NCBI RefSeq assembly: GCF_006345805.1
Contig: NC_043013.1
Span: forward strand, 11,160,001-11,224,000
Direction of reading: 5' to 3'
Length of the DNA stretch: 64,000 nucleotides
Source: Octopus sinensis
Lineage: Eukaryota
The stretch's first letter is position 1; every line of letters starts with the position of its first letter. This document shows positions 12,541-25,949 of this stretch, piece after piece. The notes under the pieces were generated by a model. That model ran no database searches, was not told the origin of the DNA, and saw nothing but the letters and a program-made list of their open reading frames with translations. Made by a program: the position numbers and the translations under genes.

Positions 12541-13676
12541 CTAGCAGTAGTAATCGGCGTTGCACGGGTCTTAATAAATTACCATGAAACTGCGGAAACA
12601 TGAGGCCTTACACTTGAGAAAAGACGGTTTTGGGTGTGACATTGTTAAAGCAATAACCTTGGTAACCTCTTCTCTTTCAATGAGTTATATTTTTGCGCTG
12701 TTTACGGTTTCCGTGCACAAGTGCTTTTGGGCGAAGCCGGGTCAAACCGCTGAACAACCAGACTTGTTGCTGGTAGTGTTAATATTAATTCACAAAGCTT
12801 CGTTAACTGGGGCAAAGCTTCATCTAATCCACTATTATGCAGAATGTAAAGTAAATCCTGAACGGATTTTGCTTTTAATTCAGCATCTTTCTACAAAGCA
12901 GTAAATTCGCTTCTTAACTTTTGGTTGTCGAAATGGTCTCCATAAGATGTTTCCTGGACGTCGTTATTTTATTTCATTAGACCGAGAAGTACTAAAAAAT
13001 GTAATTCATTTAAATTTTGACATCGTATCTCAATTTGCTCGCAAATTAAATCGATAATTTTGTAGAATAGCTGTATGTTTATTTCTTCTGTTTCAAGCGC
13101 ATTTTTTTTCTTTCTTCATTTGAGGATAAATGCCATCAACGTTAGCCCAAACTTTAGAAAAATTTATGCTTTTTTTCTTTCAAAACATTCACAATTTCAT
13201 TTATTTTAGGAATACAGTAGGATTTTTCAAATGTTTTTTTTTTTTCTGGAGGATATCAAAATGCTGCATTTGTGTAAATAAAAATACCTCCAAACACATT
13301 TAACAAAAAATTGAATTCACAATTTTGTAAATTAGAATACCACGCCAGAGTAAAAATTTTATCATTATGTAGCTTGTTATTCTCTTTAAGTAAACATTTT
13401 TCTGGTTGAAATACACTGAAAAATGCCAACACAGCAGTCAAAAAATCGTAAAAATAAATAGGGATTTTCATAAAAAAAAGCACCTTGTTGATGTAAATAA
13501 TTTTTTGTGTTAACATGGTCCGATATGAATTTTATCTTCTATGGAAGGAAGACCAAGCCTTCTTCTATCATACTCTCAATTTTGGTCAACTTGCGCCGCA
13601 GGGTCTCGGAAGAGATAATATTAGTTGAAGGCTACCAAACCTGCCATACACAGACAACTTCAGCTTTATATATAAT
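12541..13676 (-). mobile_element. Non-autonomous Helitron-like element, about 1.1 kb
   Basis: Minus strand: 5' TATATATAAAGCTGAAG, 3' GACCCGTGCAACGCCG..CTGCTAG|T (decayed GC hairpin plus CTAG before a host T); no TSD. Confidence 0.6.
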
Positions 13677-13678
13677 AT

Positions 13679-13724
<46 letters not shown>

Positions 13725-13734
13725 ATATATATAT

Positions 13735-13895
13735 ATGTATCTGACGGGCTTCTTCCAGTTTCCTTCTACCAAATCCACTCACAAGGCTTTGGTCGGCCCG
13801 AGGTCATAGTAGAAGACACTTGTCCAAAGTGCCACACAGTGGGACTGAATCCCGAAACATGTGGTTGGAAAGCAAGCGTCTTAACACAGCCATTT
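13735..13895 (-). mobile_element. SINE family B, 5' half
   Basis: gacgggcttcttccagtttcc..gggactgaatcccgaaacatgtggttgg. Confidence 0.85.
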
Positions 13896-14082
13896 GTTTA
13901 ATTTACAGTCTGTTATCCGCTTTGACTGTCTCTCTTTCTGAAAATTCAGTAATCCGACTAAGCTTTGGAATCAAAAGTTCTACGAAAGTGTTGTTGCACA
14001 TGTATGCACATGTTGCCTCGTGGATTCGTTTAAGATGACATACAGTGTGATTTGTCGGATATACCCTTGCTACTTCTAGCAT

Positions 14083-14469
14083 GTGTGGAGGTGCAATGGC
14101 CAAGTGGTTAGGGCAGCGGACTCGCGGTCATAGGATCGCGGTTTCGATTCCCAGACCGGGCGTTGTGAGTGTTTATTGAGCGAAAACACCTAAAGCTCCA
14201 CGAGGCTCCCGCAGTGGATGGTGGTGATCCCTGCTGTACTCTTTCACCACAACTTTCTCTCACTCTTACTTCCTGTTTCTGTTGTACCTGTACTTCAAAG
14301 GGCCGGCCTTGTCACTCTCTGTGTCACGCTGAATATCCCCGAGAACTACGTTAAGGGTACACGTGTCTGTGGAGTGCTTAGCCACTTACACGTTAACTTC
14401 ACGAGCAGGCTGTTCCGTTGATTCGGATCAACCGGAACCCTCATCGTCGTGACCGACGGAGTGCTTCCA
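14083..14469 (+). mobile_element. Full-length tRNA-derived SINE family D with 11-bp TSD
   Basis: A-box TGGCCAAGTGG and B-box GGTTTCGATTCC; TSD ACTTCTAGCAT at 14072-82 and 14470-80. Confidence 0.92.
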
Positions 14470-14810
14470 ACTTCTAGCATATTGAGCAAACACGTAGAGG
14501 CTCTCCCATTCGTGCGATTGTTTACAGGAAAGCTATATAAGTTAGTCTGATTTGCTGTTGTCGGTTGGTCGTTCATCTGTGTAATGGAGACTCGAAAATT
14601 GGAGTTGTTTATATTAACGAACAGGAAATGAAAGAGTTTGTTTAAAGTCGAAGTGAAGTATGGAACAGAATCAGAAAATTACTTGAGGAAATTTTTATTA
14701 AACACACTCTTTTATGTAGTTTCTTTATTTTTTTATGTATATTTCTTTCACATGTTTGTTTAAATTTGATTGTTTGTTTCGTGAATACTTTTCTTACATT
14801 TTCTACACTT

Positions 14811-14860
<50 letters not shown>

Positions 14861-14987
14861 GCACTTAGATATTTTTACGTGCCTACTCATCCTTCGCCCA
14901 CTTGTTTGAATTAAAAATAATATATATTATATATAATACATATATATATATATATATATATATACCATACATACAGACATACATCTA

Positions 14988-15019
<32 letters not shown>

Positions 15020-15025
15020 CACACA

Positions 15026-15085
15026 GACGAGGTCTGATAAAATTAGTATCCGGACATATTAACAAAGCTAAAGCACGTAGAGTAA
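15026..15085 (+). mobile_element. Mariner-type terminal fragment
   Basis: CGAGGTCTGATAAAATTAGTATCCGGAC..aagctaaagcacgtagagt; same family as 49229. Confidence 0.55.
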
Positions 15086-15131
15086 AGATATTGTTATACA
15101 TCGCTGGTCACAATGTCGGATATACCTTTGC

Positions 15132-15329
15132 ATTGTTTTAGCCTTCAAATGACGCCACACCGCTGGCCAGGAGAGCAGGCCAACAATCTCCAGTGATAGA
15201 AGTGGGGCTGGAGCAACATGAAATGAAATGTTTTGCTCAAGAACACAACGCGCTGCCCAGTCAAGGTATCGTACCCGCGATCTAGCGATCGTGAGTGCAA
15301 CAGCCTAACCACTAGGCCACACGCCTTCG
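15132..15329 (-). mobile_element. SINE family C variant
   Basis: tRNA-like head (gaaggcgtgtggcctagtggttaggc) plus gtgttcttgagcaaaac box. Confidence 0.8.
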
Positions 15330-15335
15330 CACAGC

Positions 15336-15369
<34 letters not shown>

Positions 15370-15449
15370 GCATGTGTGTTGTGATAGTATCACGCATTAA
15401 AATGCTTCCCCGTTTGCTGCCACCTGCCTTGTTAATTTCGCGGTTGAAA

Positions 15450-15452
15450 TGG

Positions 15453-15497
<45 letters not shown>

Positions 15498-15822
15498 GAA
15501 GAGAAAGGAGGCGAAGGGAGAAAGATAGAATGAATGGAGGTGGAGAGTTTCGATGAAGAGCGAGAAGACGAAGGGAAAGAAGAAAGGAAGGTCCAGTTTT
15601 GAAAGTCGAACAGTAAAGAAGAAAAGGAGAGGAGAAGGACTTCCAACAGCGAAAGATAATAGAAGAAAGACAACGAGGGAAGGAGGGAGGAGTAAAGAAG
15701 ATGAATAAGGTGTCGCGATGTAAAGGGAGGTGGGAGGAGCCGGAATGAAGTGTGAAACGTGAAGAGTGGTAGTTCACGCCCTCTGTGAGATGTAGAAATG
15801 AGATGCAAAAAGGAGAAAGAGA

Positions 15823-15857
<35 letters not shown>

Positions 15858-16192
15858 GTATTGGCTAAAATAAATAAATATAGGATTATGATAATTAATC
15901 TTAGAAGGGAAGCTAAAGCGTCATGCTGGAGCAAAATATAGAATAGAAAAAAACATAAATAATAAATACGCAAAACAACTAAGGTAATAGATATAGGGGA
16001 GTAGAAATGGGGGATGTGACAAAGATGGGGGAGAAAAACGATGTAGGTTGATGATGATGCTGACAACGACGACGACGACGACGACGATGATGATGATGAT
16101 GGTAATGATGATGATGATGATGATGATGATTGTAATGATGACAACAAGGAGGAAGACGACAGCGACGACGACGACGGCGGCGACGATAATGG

Positions 16193-16223
<31 letters not shown>

Positions 16224-16394
16224 GGTGGTGGTGGTGGTGGTAGTAGTGGTGGTGATGGTGCTGACAACGACAACAAAGGTGGTGGCTGTAATGCTGATGA
16301 TGAGGAAGAGAATAACGACGACGAAGAGAGAATAAAAGAATTGAGGAAAGAAGAAAAGAAAGAACGAAAGAATGAAATGTATAAATAAAGGAAA

Positions 16395-16440
<46 letters not shown>

Positions 16441-16450
16441 AAAGGAAGGA
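15450..16450. repeat. Purine-rich and compound trinucleotide (GAT/GAC/GGT) low-complexity region
   Basis: Direct reading; source of the spurious 369-aa ORF. Confidence 0.9.
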
Positions 16451-17144
16451 AAACGGAAATTGAAATTGCACGAGGGCATCTCTGCTCCAACATTAGTTAT
16501 CTCTCTCTCTCTTTCTCTCTCTCTCTCTTTCTCCCTTTTTGACACGGTACAATAACAACAACAAGAAACACTAAGAATATAATCAAATAAATAAAGATGG
16601 AGGAAGAGGAAAGAGCTAGGAGAGGCTGATGGGAAGATAAGCGGAAATCAAGAAATAAAGGTATAGAACAACAATGACAGGACCGCTACAGCAAATACGG
16701 TACACACACACACAATGTGTATGCATGTACGTGTGTTTCAGCGTCTACCTGTCACCTCAGTGTCGAGAGAGAGAGAGAGAGAGAGAAAAAAAGAAAATAA
16801 TAATTATCTGTCACTTTGAACTCTGGCGATGACTTTTCACTTCCTATTGTTTTATTGGGAGTATGACCCAAAGCTGTTCTTCATTTATTATTCACCGGAC
16901 TCGAACGCTGGACGAATGGGAGAAAAGACAGACTACTACTTAGCAAGGCATTCTGGTTTTGCTTTCAAAACTTTCTTGAAGCCACCACCCCTCATCCCAT
17001 CAGTAAATATTTGAGCACCGAACATCGTGCCATACTCGTATTGTTAGTTCAAATTAAGGCGGCAAGCTGGCAGAATTGTCAAACCGAATAAAATGCTATC
17101 GGGACCATTCCAAAATTTCAGGCACGTGCCTATAACAGTAAATA

Positions 17145-17370
17145 TATTTCTTTACTGCCCACAAGGGGCTAAACACAGAGGGGACAAACAAGGACAGACA
17201 AACGGATTAAGTCGATTACATCGACCCCAGTGCGTAACTGGTACTTAATTTATCGACCCCGAAAGGATGAAAGGCAAAGTCGACCTCGGCGGAATTTGAA
17301 CTCAGAACGTAACGGCAGGCGAAATACGGCTACGCATTTCGTCCGGCGTGCTAACGTTTCTGCCAGCTCG
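17145..17370 (-). mobile_element. Full-length SINE family A (tail 1)
   Basis: Head gagctggcagaaacgttagcacgccgg, B-box gagttcaaattcc, core, tail ...gcagtaaagaaata. Confidence 0.9.
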
Positions 17371-17669
17371 GAGTTCAAAAGACGGGCGACTGGCAGAATC
17401 ATTAACGCACCGGATAAATATGATTAACGGCATTTCGTTCGTGTTAGTCCATAGATACCCATACAAAATGAAGTCTTAAAATTTTACTTGGATAAAACGT
17501 TATGGTAAGCTTTCACAATCTGGAAGAGAAGGACAGTATGCAACTGTTAGCTACGGGTGTCGACTGCCTATTGAACGTTTCGTACGCTCAGTCAGATGTC
17601 TCCCAGCGTGTTCATGTCCAACTAAGTAGGAGTAGGCTTTGCGTTACGAAAACGCAACCAGGGGTATAT

Positions 17670-18150
17670 ATGAGTTCTGAGTTCAAATTCTGCCGAGATC
17701 GACTTTGCCTTTCTTTCTTCCTTTTGGGATCGATAAAATAAACATCAGTTAAGCGCTGGGAGTCAATGTAATCCATTTCCCCTTCACCTCTTAAAATTGC
17801 AGGCCTTGTGCCGAAAAAAGAAATGTTATTATTTGAGCCCAAAAGGCGGCAACGTGGCAGAATTGTTAGCACGCCGGATAAAATGTTCAGTGTGATTTAG
17901 TCCATCATAATGTTCTTAGTTTAAATTCCGCCGGAGTCAATTTTGTCTTTCATACACTCGGGATCAATAAATTAAGGTACCAGTTGAACACCTGGGTCGA
18001 TCATATCGATTAAAATCTTCCTTTAAAATCCAGAGGTTGTATCTATAAGCAGAAAAGCTGGATTGAGTCCAAATCTGCAGAGGTTGACTTTACCTTTCAT
18101 CTCTCAAGCGTCGATAATATGAAGTACCAGTCAAGTTCTAGAGTCGATGG
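17670..18150 (+). mobile_element. Cluster of three decayed SINE family A copies
   Basis: Repeated core (gactttgcctttc..gatcgataaa..accag). Confidence 0.75.
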
Positions 18151-18674
18151 TATCGGCTACTTCCCATTGCCGAATCTTGCTACAATCATATGAGTTCAAA
18201 TCCGCCCGAGCCAACCTTTCCTTTGGACGAGATGCGAAGCGATGTTTTGTTACGTGTTCAAATGCCACGTTGTTTACTTTGTCTTGTGAATTTAATTTAT
18301 CGACCAGCTTAAAAGCATTACTTGATATGGTTAACCGATGCCTTTAACGGAGCTCCGCTTTGTTGTAAGACACTTTCTGAAATTCACTATAATCGTGCCT
18401 TAGCCGAGAACAAAAACCAGACTGTTCATTACATAAATAATCATATTAACTTTCAGAAATTAATTACAAATTCTCTTAACATTTCACGTCATTTTATTTA
18501 CTTTCTCTCGCTTAGAGGGAAAGTTTAATTAATTACGAAATTTTGGGGAAACGGTATTAATTACTTTGCTCTTTAACGTAATTGGTTTTCGACCATTTTT
18601 GCTTAGGGACTCCTTTTGATTCCTACTTTACTCGGATGGTCCCCATAGTCATTTACTGTCTGAAATCTCCTATT

Positions 18675-18837
18675 AGGCGCAGGTGTAGCTGCGTGGCAAG
18701 AAACTTGCTTTCCAACCACATGGTTCTGGGTTCAGTCCCACTGCCGTGGCACCTTTGGCAAGTGTCTTTTAACATAGCCACGAGCCAACCAAGCCTTGTG
18801 AGTGGATTTATAAAACGGAAACTGAAAGAAGCCCGTC

Positions 18838-18888
<51 letters not shown>

Positions 18889-18932
18889 TATATATATATT
18901 TATATCGATATATATATATATATAATATATAT

Positions 18933-18981
<49 letters not shown>

Positions 18982-19300
18982 ATATATGTATATAATATAT
19001 AAAAGCCTTGTGAGTGGATTTGGCAGACGGAAACTGAAAGAAGCCCGTCGTATATATGTATACATATATATATATATATATGTGCGTTTGTTTGTGTGTC
19101 TGTGTTTGTCCCCCTAGAATTGCTTGACAACCGATGCTGGTGTGTTTATGTCCCCGTCACTTAGCGGTTCGGCAAAAGAGAACGATAGAATAAGTACTGG
19201 GCTTACAAAGAATAACTCCCGGGTCGAGTTGCTCGATTTAAGGCGGTGCTCCAGCATGGCCGCAGTCAAATGACTGAAACAAGTAAAAGAATAACAGAAT
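18675..19300 (+). mobile_element. SINE family B with internal duplication and long (TA)n
   Basis: Head aggcgcaggtgtagctgcgtgg, gcacctttggcaagtgtc box, tail gactgaaacaagtaaaaga; the segment 18791-18840 is repeated at 19003-19052. Confidence 0.9.
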
Positions 19301-20229
19301 ATATATATATAAAGTAATTGTAATAAACCTCATTAAGGGATCATAAATCCAATGAAAATACTGGTTAGTTACCAATCTATAGAAAGGTCAGCAATAAGGT
19401 AATCATATGAACTATGGTTCATCTATATATATATATATATATATATATATCTAAAGAATAAGGAGAAAATTTGTAAGAGATTCGGGTGTGATTTGACTAT
19501 TCCATTTTTTCTCTTATATCGACTACATTATCTTTTCCCCTTTTAAAACAGTAAAGCGTGATTGAAGAAATTTGGTTCTTGCCTCTAGCAGGTTGAGTGA
19601 ATACAGAAGCTTTACTCGTTGTCTCGTCATCTCCATTTTTGGGGCCTTTTTTATGTTTTTACAATTTTGTCTTCCATAATTTGCAGCCATTAAAGTCATC
19701 AAAAGTTCGCCATGTTTATTCGACCGCGTCTCCGCACTCCCTCGTAATATGGAAGTACTGAAGGAGTTATAGGTGTGTTTGTAATGGGCTTATTGTGGTG
19801 AGTGATGTTGGGAGACCAAGAGAACATGGGAAAAATAGGGAGAGAGAGAGAGGAAGAGAGAGAGCAGGGAGAGAGACCTGCGAGAAGGAAGTGAAATGAA
19901 TGGCAAGCAGTCCATGAGTATTAAAAATAAGGATAATTAGATCAACAACAAGGCAGGAAAATATATGTTATATGAATGTAAGAGTTCTTTGTATTGATCC
20001 TAGGTACTTTATTGAAATTGTGAGGATGGACGGTATAAAGTTATGCTCTGTGAGATTAGAGTTAGAAGGTGATAAAGCGTGGAAAGAAATACCGCAAGGC
20101 ATTTTGTACAACGCTCCAACGTCTCTGCAAATCTACCGTCCTAAATTCTTGGGCATATCGTAAATAATGGAAATTTGAAGAAAGAAAAATTGGCCTATTA
20201 AATCCACTTAATACGTTCAGTAAGTTGAT

Positions 20230-20390
20230 ACTCATTTTTTTTTTCATATTCATTTGTTTTCATCCCAGGAGGATGAAATGTAAAGTCGACCCGAGCTGGA
20301 TTTGAGCCAAGAACGTAATGAGATACAACAGAGATAAATACTTCAAATTTTTTACCTAACCGTCTGATGATTCTGCCAATTAGCCACACT
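20230..20390 (-). mobile_element. Decayed SINE family A
   Basis: ggatgaaatgtaaagtcgacc..atttgagccaagaacgt. Confidence 0.65.
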
Positions 20391-20420
20391 TTCTAAACAA
20401 TAATTTCTAATATAGTTACA

Positions 20421-20708
20421 GGTAAAAGAAAAGATCTCCATCGGTCACAAATGACCATAGGATTGCACCTAGAAAGTCTCCTCCCACCGCCAAAGACTGG
20501 GGGAGGTTGTTTTATGGAAGACCGGCACTTGCCCATGCATACCAGCCTCTCCTCTCCGTGTCACCGATACAAGGCAAAGGCCGATACAACTTGGCACCAG
20601 TGACTTTGCAACTCATTTCTGCAGCTGAGTGAACTGGAGTATCTTGCTCATGAAATAAAGTATCTTGTACAGTCCGGTACGGAAATCGAAATCACTACCT
20701 CATGATCC
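20421..20708 (-). mobile_element. SINE family C
   Basis: Matches 45735-45996 over about 250 bp. Confidence 0.85.
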
Positions 20709-21279
20709 ACGCTGCAGTAAAATATTATCTGCAACATCAGTTTTTCCGGTAATTTAGCGCGCCAAAATAGTAGTCACGAGTGCAATAGGTAGGACTGTTT
20801 TACAAGTCTGACTTTGTGCGGACATCCTAGTATGCAGTCCTGCAAATTATATTCATCTGGACGGTCGTACCGATGATCTACAGGCAATTACGTAAGTAAG
20901 ATTACGTAATTTGTTGATAGTGAAACATGTATACGAATAATCCATATTTTTATTACTTTTTCTTTTATGTTGCTCGATTACGTTTTGGTTATTTTGCTAA
21001 ATTTTTCTTGAGAACACTTCTTAGTAGTGAGACCGTAGCGGATCTATTTCTAGCATAAGGGTGTCCACATAGTGGTTTCCCTCTAATATATATATAATAC
21101 ATACATATATACGCGCACACACACGCATAAACAGTAAAAGTTGAAGGCTAATCTTAACATTGGCTTTTATTTGTTTCAGTTATTACAAACACAATACACA
21201 GGCACACGTTATATATACATACAGCATACATGTGTACATGCATACGTACAGATATACATATATAGATATATACGCACAC

Positions 21280-21420
21280 ATTTACCGTCTATTTCCGTCG
21301 TTCAAATCCACTCAGAAGGCTGTGGTCCAACTGGAGCTATAGTAGAAGACACTTACCAGAATGCCACGCAGTGGAACCGAGTACGAAAGCATGTGATTAC
21401 GAAGCAAGCTTCTTAACACA
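21280..21420 (-). mobile_element. Decayed SINE family B, 5' half
   Basis: aaatccactcagaaggc..gctatagtagaagacactt. Confidence 0.7.
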
Positions 21421-21437
21421 CGTCTTTGCTTGACTTT

Positions 21438-22160
21438 ATGTATGTATGTATGTATGTATGTATGTATGTATGTATGCAAGCATGCATGTATGCATGTATG
21501 TATGCATGCATGCATGCATGTATGTATGTATGAATGTATGTATGCCTGTATGCATGTATGCATGTATGCATTATGTATGTATGTATGTATGCATGCATGC
21601 ATGTATGTATGCATGTATGTATGTATGCATGTATGTATGCATGCATGCATGTATATATGTATGTATGCATGCATGCATGTATGTATGTATGTATGTATGA
21701 ATGTATGTATGTCTGTATGTATGTATGCATGTATGCATTATGTATGTATTATGTATGTATGCATGCATGTATGTATGCATGCATGTATGTATGTATGCAT
21801 GTATGTATGCATGCATGCATGTATATATGTATGTATGTATGCATGTATGTATGTATGTATGTATGCATGTCTGTATGCATGAATGTATGTATGCATGTAT
21901 GTATGTATGCATGTATGTATGTATGTATGTATGTATGCATGTATGTATGTATGTATGCCTGTATGCATGCATGTATGTATGTATGTATGTATGTATGTAT
22001 GTATGCATGCATGTATGTTTGTATGCATGCATGTATGTTTGTATGTATGCATGCCTGTATGCATGAATGTATGTATGTATGCATATATGTATGTATGCAT
22101 GAATGTATGTATGCATGTATGTATGTATGCATGTATGTATGTATGTATGCATGTATGTAG
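21438..22160. repeat. About 720-bp (TATG/CATG)n compound microsatellite
   Basis: Direct reading; source of the MYVC/HTYI ORFs. Confidence 0.97.
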
Positions 22161-22623
22161 ATATGTATATGTGAGAGTGGATGTGTACAAACATATATTG
22201 CAAAATGTGCACACGGACAAAGGAGGCTTACAGGTAAAATGGAAAGGCCTCTCTAACACACGCGCGGAGGTTTGATCACTTCATTAGTTGTTCATTAGAA
22301 ATCGTGGAAACTTTAGCACCAAAGACAATATTATTCTATGAGTATCCATAAGTCGTTGGAGAGGTGGAATCTTTCTGATTTGAATCAGTATTTCTAATTT
22401 TCTTCCAGTTGTTTTCAAATTCGGGATATGGATTATGCTTCGTATACTAATTATGAACATGAAAATCATTTTTCATATAAATGTATAATTAATGCGTGTG
22501 TATAAGGGAGAGACAAAACAAAAATGACCATGCGTGGTTATGTGATGAGAAGTTTGCATCCCAAAAGCATGGTTTAGTGTTCAATCCTACTGTGTATGTG
22601 TATGTGAGTGTGTGTGTGTGTGT

Positions 22624-22659
<36 letters not shown>

Positions 22660-22784
22660 GTGTGTAAGGGGGAGAGAAATCAAAAATGGTCTCCTGATGT
22701 AGATTCCAGAAAAAATGGATACAAAGTAATACACAAAACACACACACACACTCACACATAGATGTGAGAGTACACATATATGTC

Positions 22785-22853
<69 letters not shown>

Positions 22854-24429
22854 GTTTGTGTCTGTATGTATTTTATATATGTATCTATGTATATATATAT
22901 ATACATATATACACACACACGTACCGTCACACGCATACACGCTTACACATTGAAAGATAGTCACGGTTACACGGTTATATATTTCAAAATTATTTTATTG
23001 CCTCTCCTCTCTTTCTTTGCTTCTCTCTTTCTTTATTTCTCTGTCTCTCGCTTTCTTTCTTCCCCCCTCCATCGTGTTTTAGTTCTCCTCCACGTCACCC
23101 TTTCCTTCTTCTTTGGGGTGGCAACACCGTTGACCGCTGACACGATTTGTAAGGCCGTAAAACCTGAACGGTGTCATTTTGTTCTAAAGGATTTGTCTTC
23201 TTTATAGCCCTCTACTCGATTGAACTCTTGAAATAATAAACCATTGCTCTCTCCCTATCTCACTCTTACTATTTTTAGATATGACCCCTTTCTCTCCTCC
23301 TCGTCCCCCCGTCTTTCTCCCTCCCTCTCTCTCTTTTCTATTTTCTCTTGATGTCTTTTCATCTCTCGCTATATCTCTTTCATTTACCATCTTTATCTCT
23401 CTCTCTCCTCTCTCTTTCCTCTCTCTCACTCTTTGTCTCCCCGTCTCTTCCTTCATGTTAATTTTCTCTCTCTCCCTCTCTCCCTCTGTCTGTCTGTCTG
23501 TCGCTGTCTCTGTCACTCTTTCTCTTTCTCTCTCTCTCTCCCTTTCTCTCTTCATTTTCATTCTATATCTATCTTTCTCAAAAATTTTATTTTCTCGTTC
23601 TTACTTCTTCTTTCACACTCCCTGTCTTCACATTTCTTCTTCCTTACTCTCTTCCTCTCTGCCTCTCTCACTCTTCTTACTTCCTCTTACCCTCTCTCTC
23701 TCTCTCTCTCTCTCACTCTCTCCCTTTTTTCCTCATTCGCTACCATGGTGTACTCCTCTCTATCTACCGCTCATTTTCACATCGTTATTGTAGTTGTTGT
23801 TTTTGCTGTTGTAGTTACTGTTGTAGTTGTTGCTTTATCTTCTATGCTTTAATAATTATACATAGAAACCTTCACATTTGTTCATAAACATAAAATGTCA
23901 ACGAGGGCAATAAAGAAAAAACATCAACCAATGAAAATTAAAAACAACCAACAAACAAACACGAATAACATAAATATACACAGGAGCAACAAGAAGGAAA
24001 AAATGACCTCCCGTCACCCAAGAAAATAACCCCTGAAAACGTGCAATAAAACGTATTTATGGGGTCGGTTTCTGTCTTTTTATTATATTCTTTAGAAGCT
24101 GCTTTTGGCGTTTTTGTTTTAGCTTTTTGGTCGGGGTTAAAATGGGATGGGATTGTAAACGTACGGATCTAGAAGGTTGGCAAAAGGTTATAAAATACAA
24201 TATGTGTATGCTAATATATATATAAATATATTTGTGTCTGCGTGTGTGTATATCTCAGTGTGTATGCGTGTGTACAACAACTAATGGTTGGTTATTTATT
24301 GTTTGTTTTATTCCTTTAGCTGTTTAGTATAAAATGAGAAATTTTTTCATATGTATCATAGAGAGCATTTTCGGTCCGTTTAGTCGAGTCATAGATGAGA
24401 CGTCGTGCTTACCAAAATATCAGACTATA

Positions 24430-25560
24430 ACAGATGATACTGTTTTGGACAATATATACATCATGCTATATCCTTCAATACACACCAAATGATACATAAA
24501 AAAAATTATACACAAAATGCTATACCATGGAATTTCTACCAAATGATACCCAATCGTACTGTCATATAGTATGTGATATAGTTTATATCGAATGATATAT
24601 ATATTACAATATATACGTAAGGATCCCTTATAATATATATACCAAAGGATACGAAGCCATATAATATATACCAGATGATATCATATTATATATACCAAAT
24701 ATATACGATACAGTTTGCACCAAATAACATCCCATGCCATTTAATGTACATTCCACGATTCCTTCATATATTGTTTATATCAAATGATACATACTTTACA
24801 GTATATACCAAAGAATATCATATGACATAACAAAGGATACCAAACCATGTAACACATAAAATGGAACAAGCCTTATAACATGTACCGAATTACGATACAT
24901 CATAGATGTCATCATAATACCAAATACCACACCATTTACTATACATCTCTTGATACGCTACTATACAATTCATATTAAAGGATACTTCACGAAACAATAT
25001 ACATACCAAATAAGAAACACATTATACAAGTGTGCCTGGAGAACGTCTTGTATTTTACAAGATTATTGATGTGTTTGCTTATACAATTTTACTGATGACC
25101 ATGATATCGTCATGTCGTTAATGCTTAATCGTTCATTTCATTTACTGATTGAGTTTGGACTGAGAATCATCGAGCGTTTTTTGTTGAAACATTTAGCAAA
25201 AATGTTGAATTTACGGGGTTTAATTTTATGCCGCACCCTGTATAACGCTTTACCCTACAATGTATGCTAATTGATGCAATATTATAGAAAATATACAAAG
25301 CAATCACAAGCTGTAGCTTACTTACTGGATTACACCATGCCATGTCTACGATGTGATACTGGAACACTATATCTTACCATATTTACCTCATATCTACCAA
25401 GTTATACAATGTCACACAATTTCTACCAGATTATGCAATCATGCCGCACAATATCAATTAAATAATACCAAGCGATATCTGTTGATTTATACCAAACGAT
25501 GGCATTTATATTTAATTGATAGTATTCCACTCCAAACTATATAAGCCATAATATGCCATG

Positions 25561-25621
<61 letters not shown>

Positions 25622-25760
25622 GTATAGACACACACACACACATACACACACATATTCATACCCTACAATATCGAGCCGTAAAGTAACAAAGTACATCAAA
25701 TCATCTCGCATTATATTTTATCTATGTTATCATATAACATATCAAATGCGTGGTCTGAAG
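24430..25760. repeat. Decayed array of a TATACCAAATGATA-like motif
   Basis: Motif variants recur every few tens of bp (24537, 24638, 24665, 24691, 24777, 24803 and others). Confidence 0.6.
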
Positions 25761-25949
25761 AATTATTTAATATAACAGATGGCTATATTTTTTTATACAA
25801 ATATAAACAACATTCAATAATTTTTACATGTCAAGTCACGTTAGTCCATGAGCGAATACTTGTGAGAGAATAAAAGACTTTAGAATATAAATTTAAAAGA
25901 CTACAGACTTTGAGAAAGAGAGATACAAAATGTATAGAATTAGAATAAT

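Noticed and set aside
14087-14160. tRNA gene
   Set aside because: No proper cloverleaf or terminator; it continues into a SINE body with a TSD.
15362-16545. Long ORFs (369, 190 and 188 aa)
   Set aside because: Translations of trinucleotide and purine-rich repeats; no domain content.
20753-20766. E2F-like TTTTGGCGCGC motif
   Set aside because: Isolated motif with no promoter context.
21312-22275. Many overlapping MYVC/HTYI ORFs
   Set aside because: Products of the (TATG/CATG)n microsatellite.
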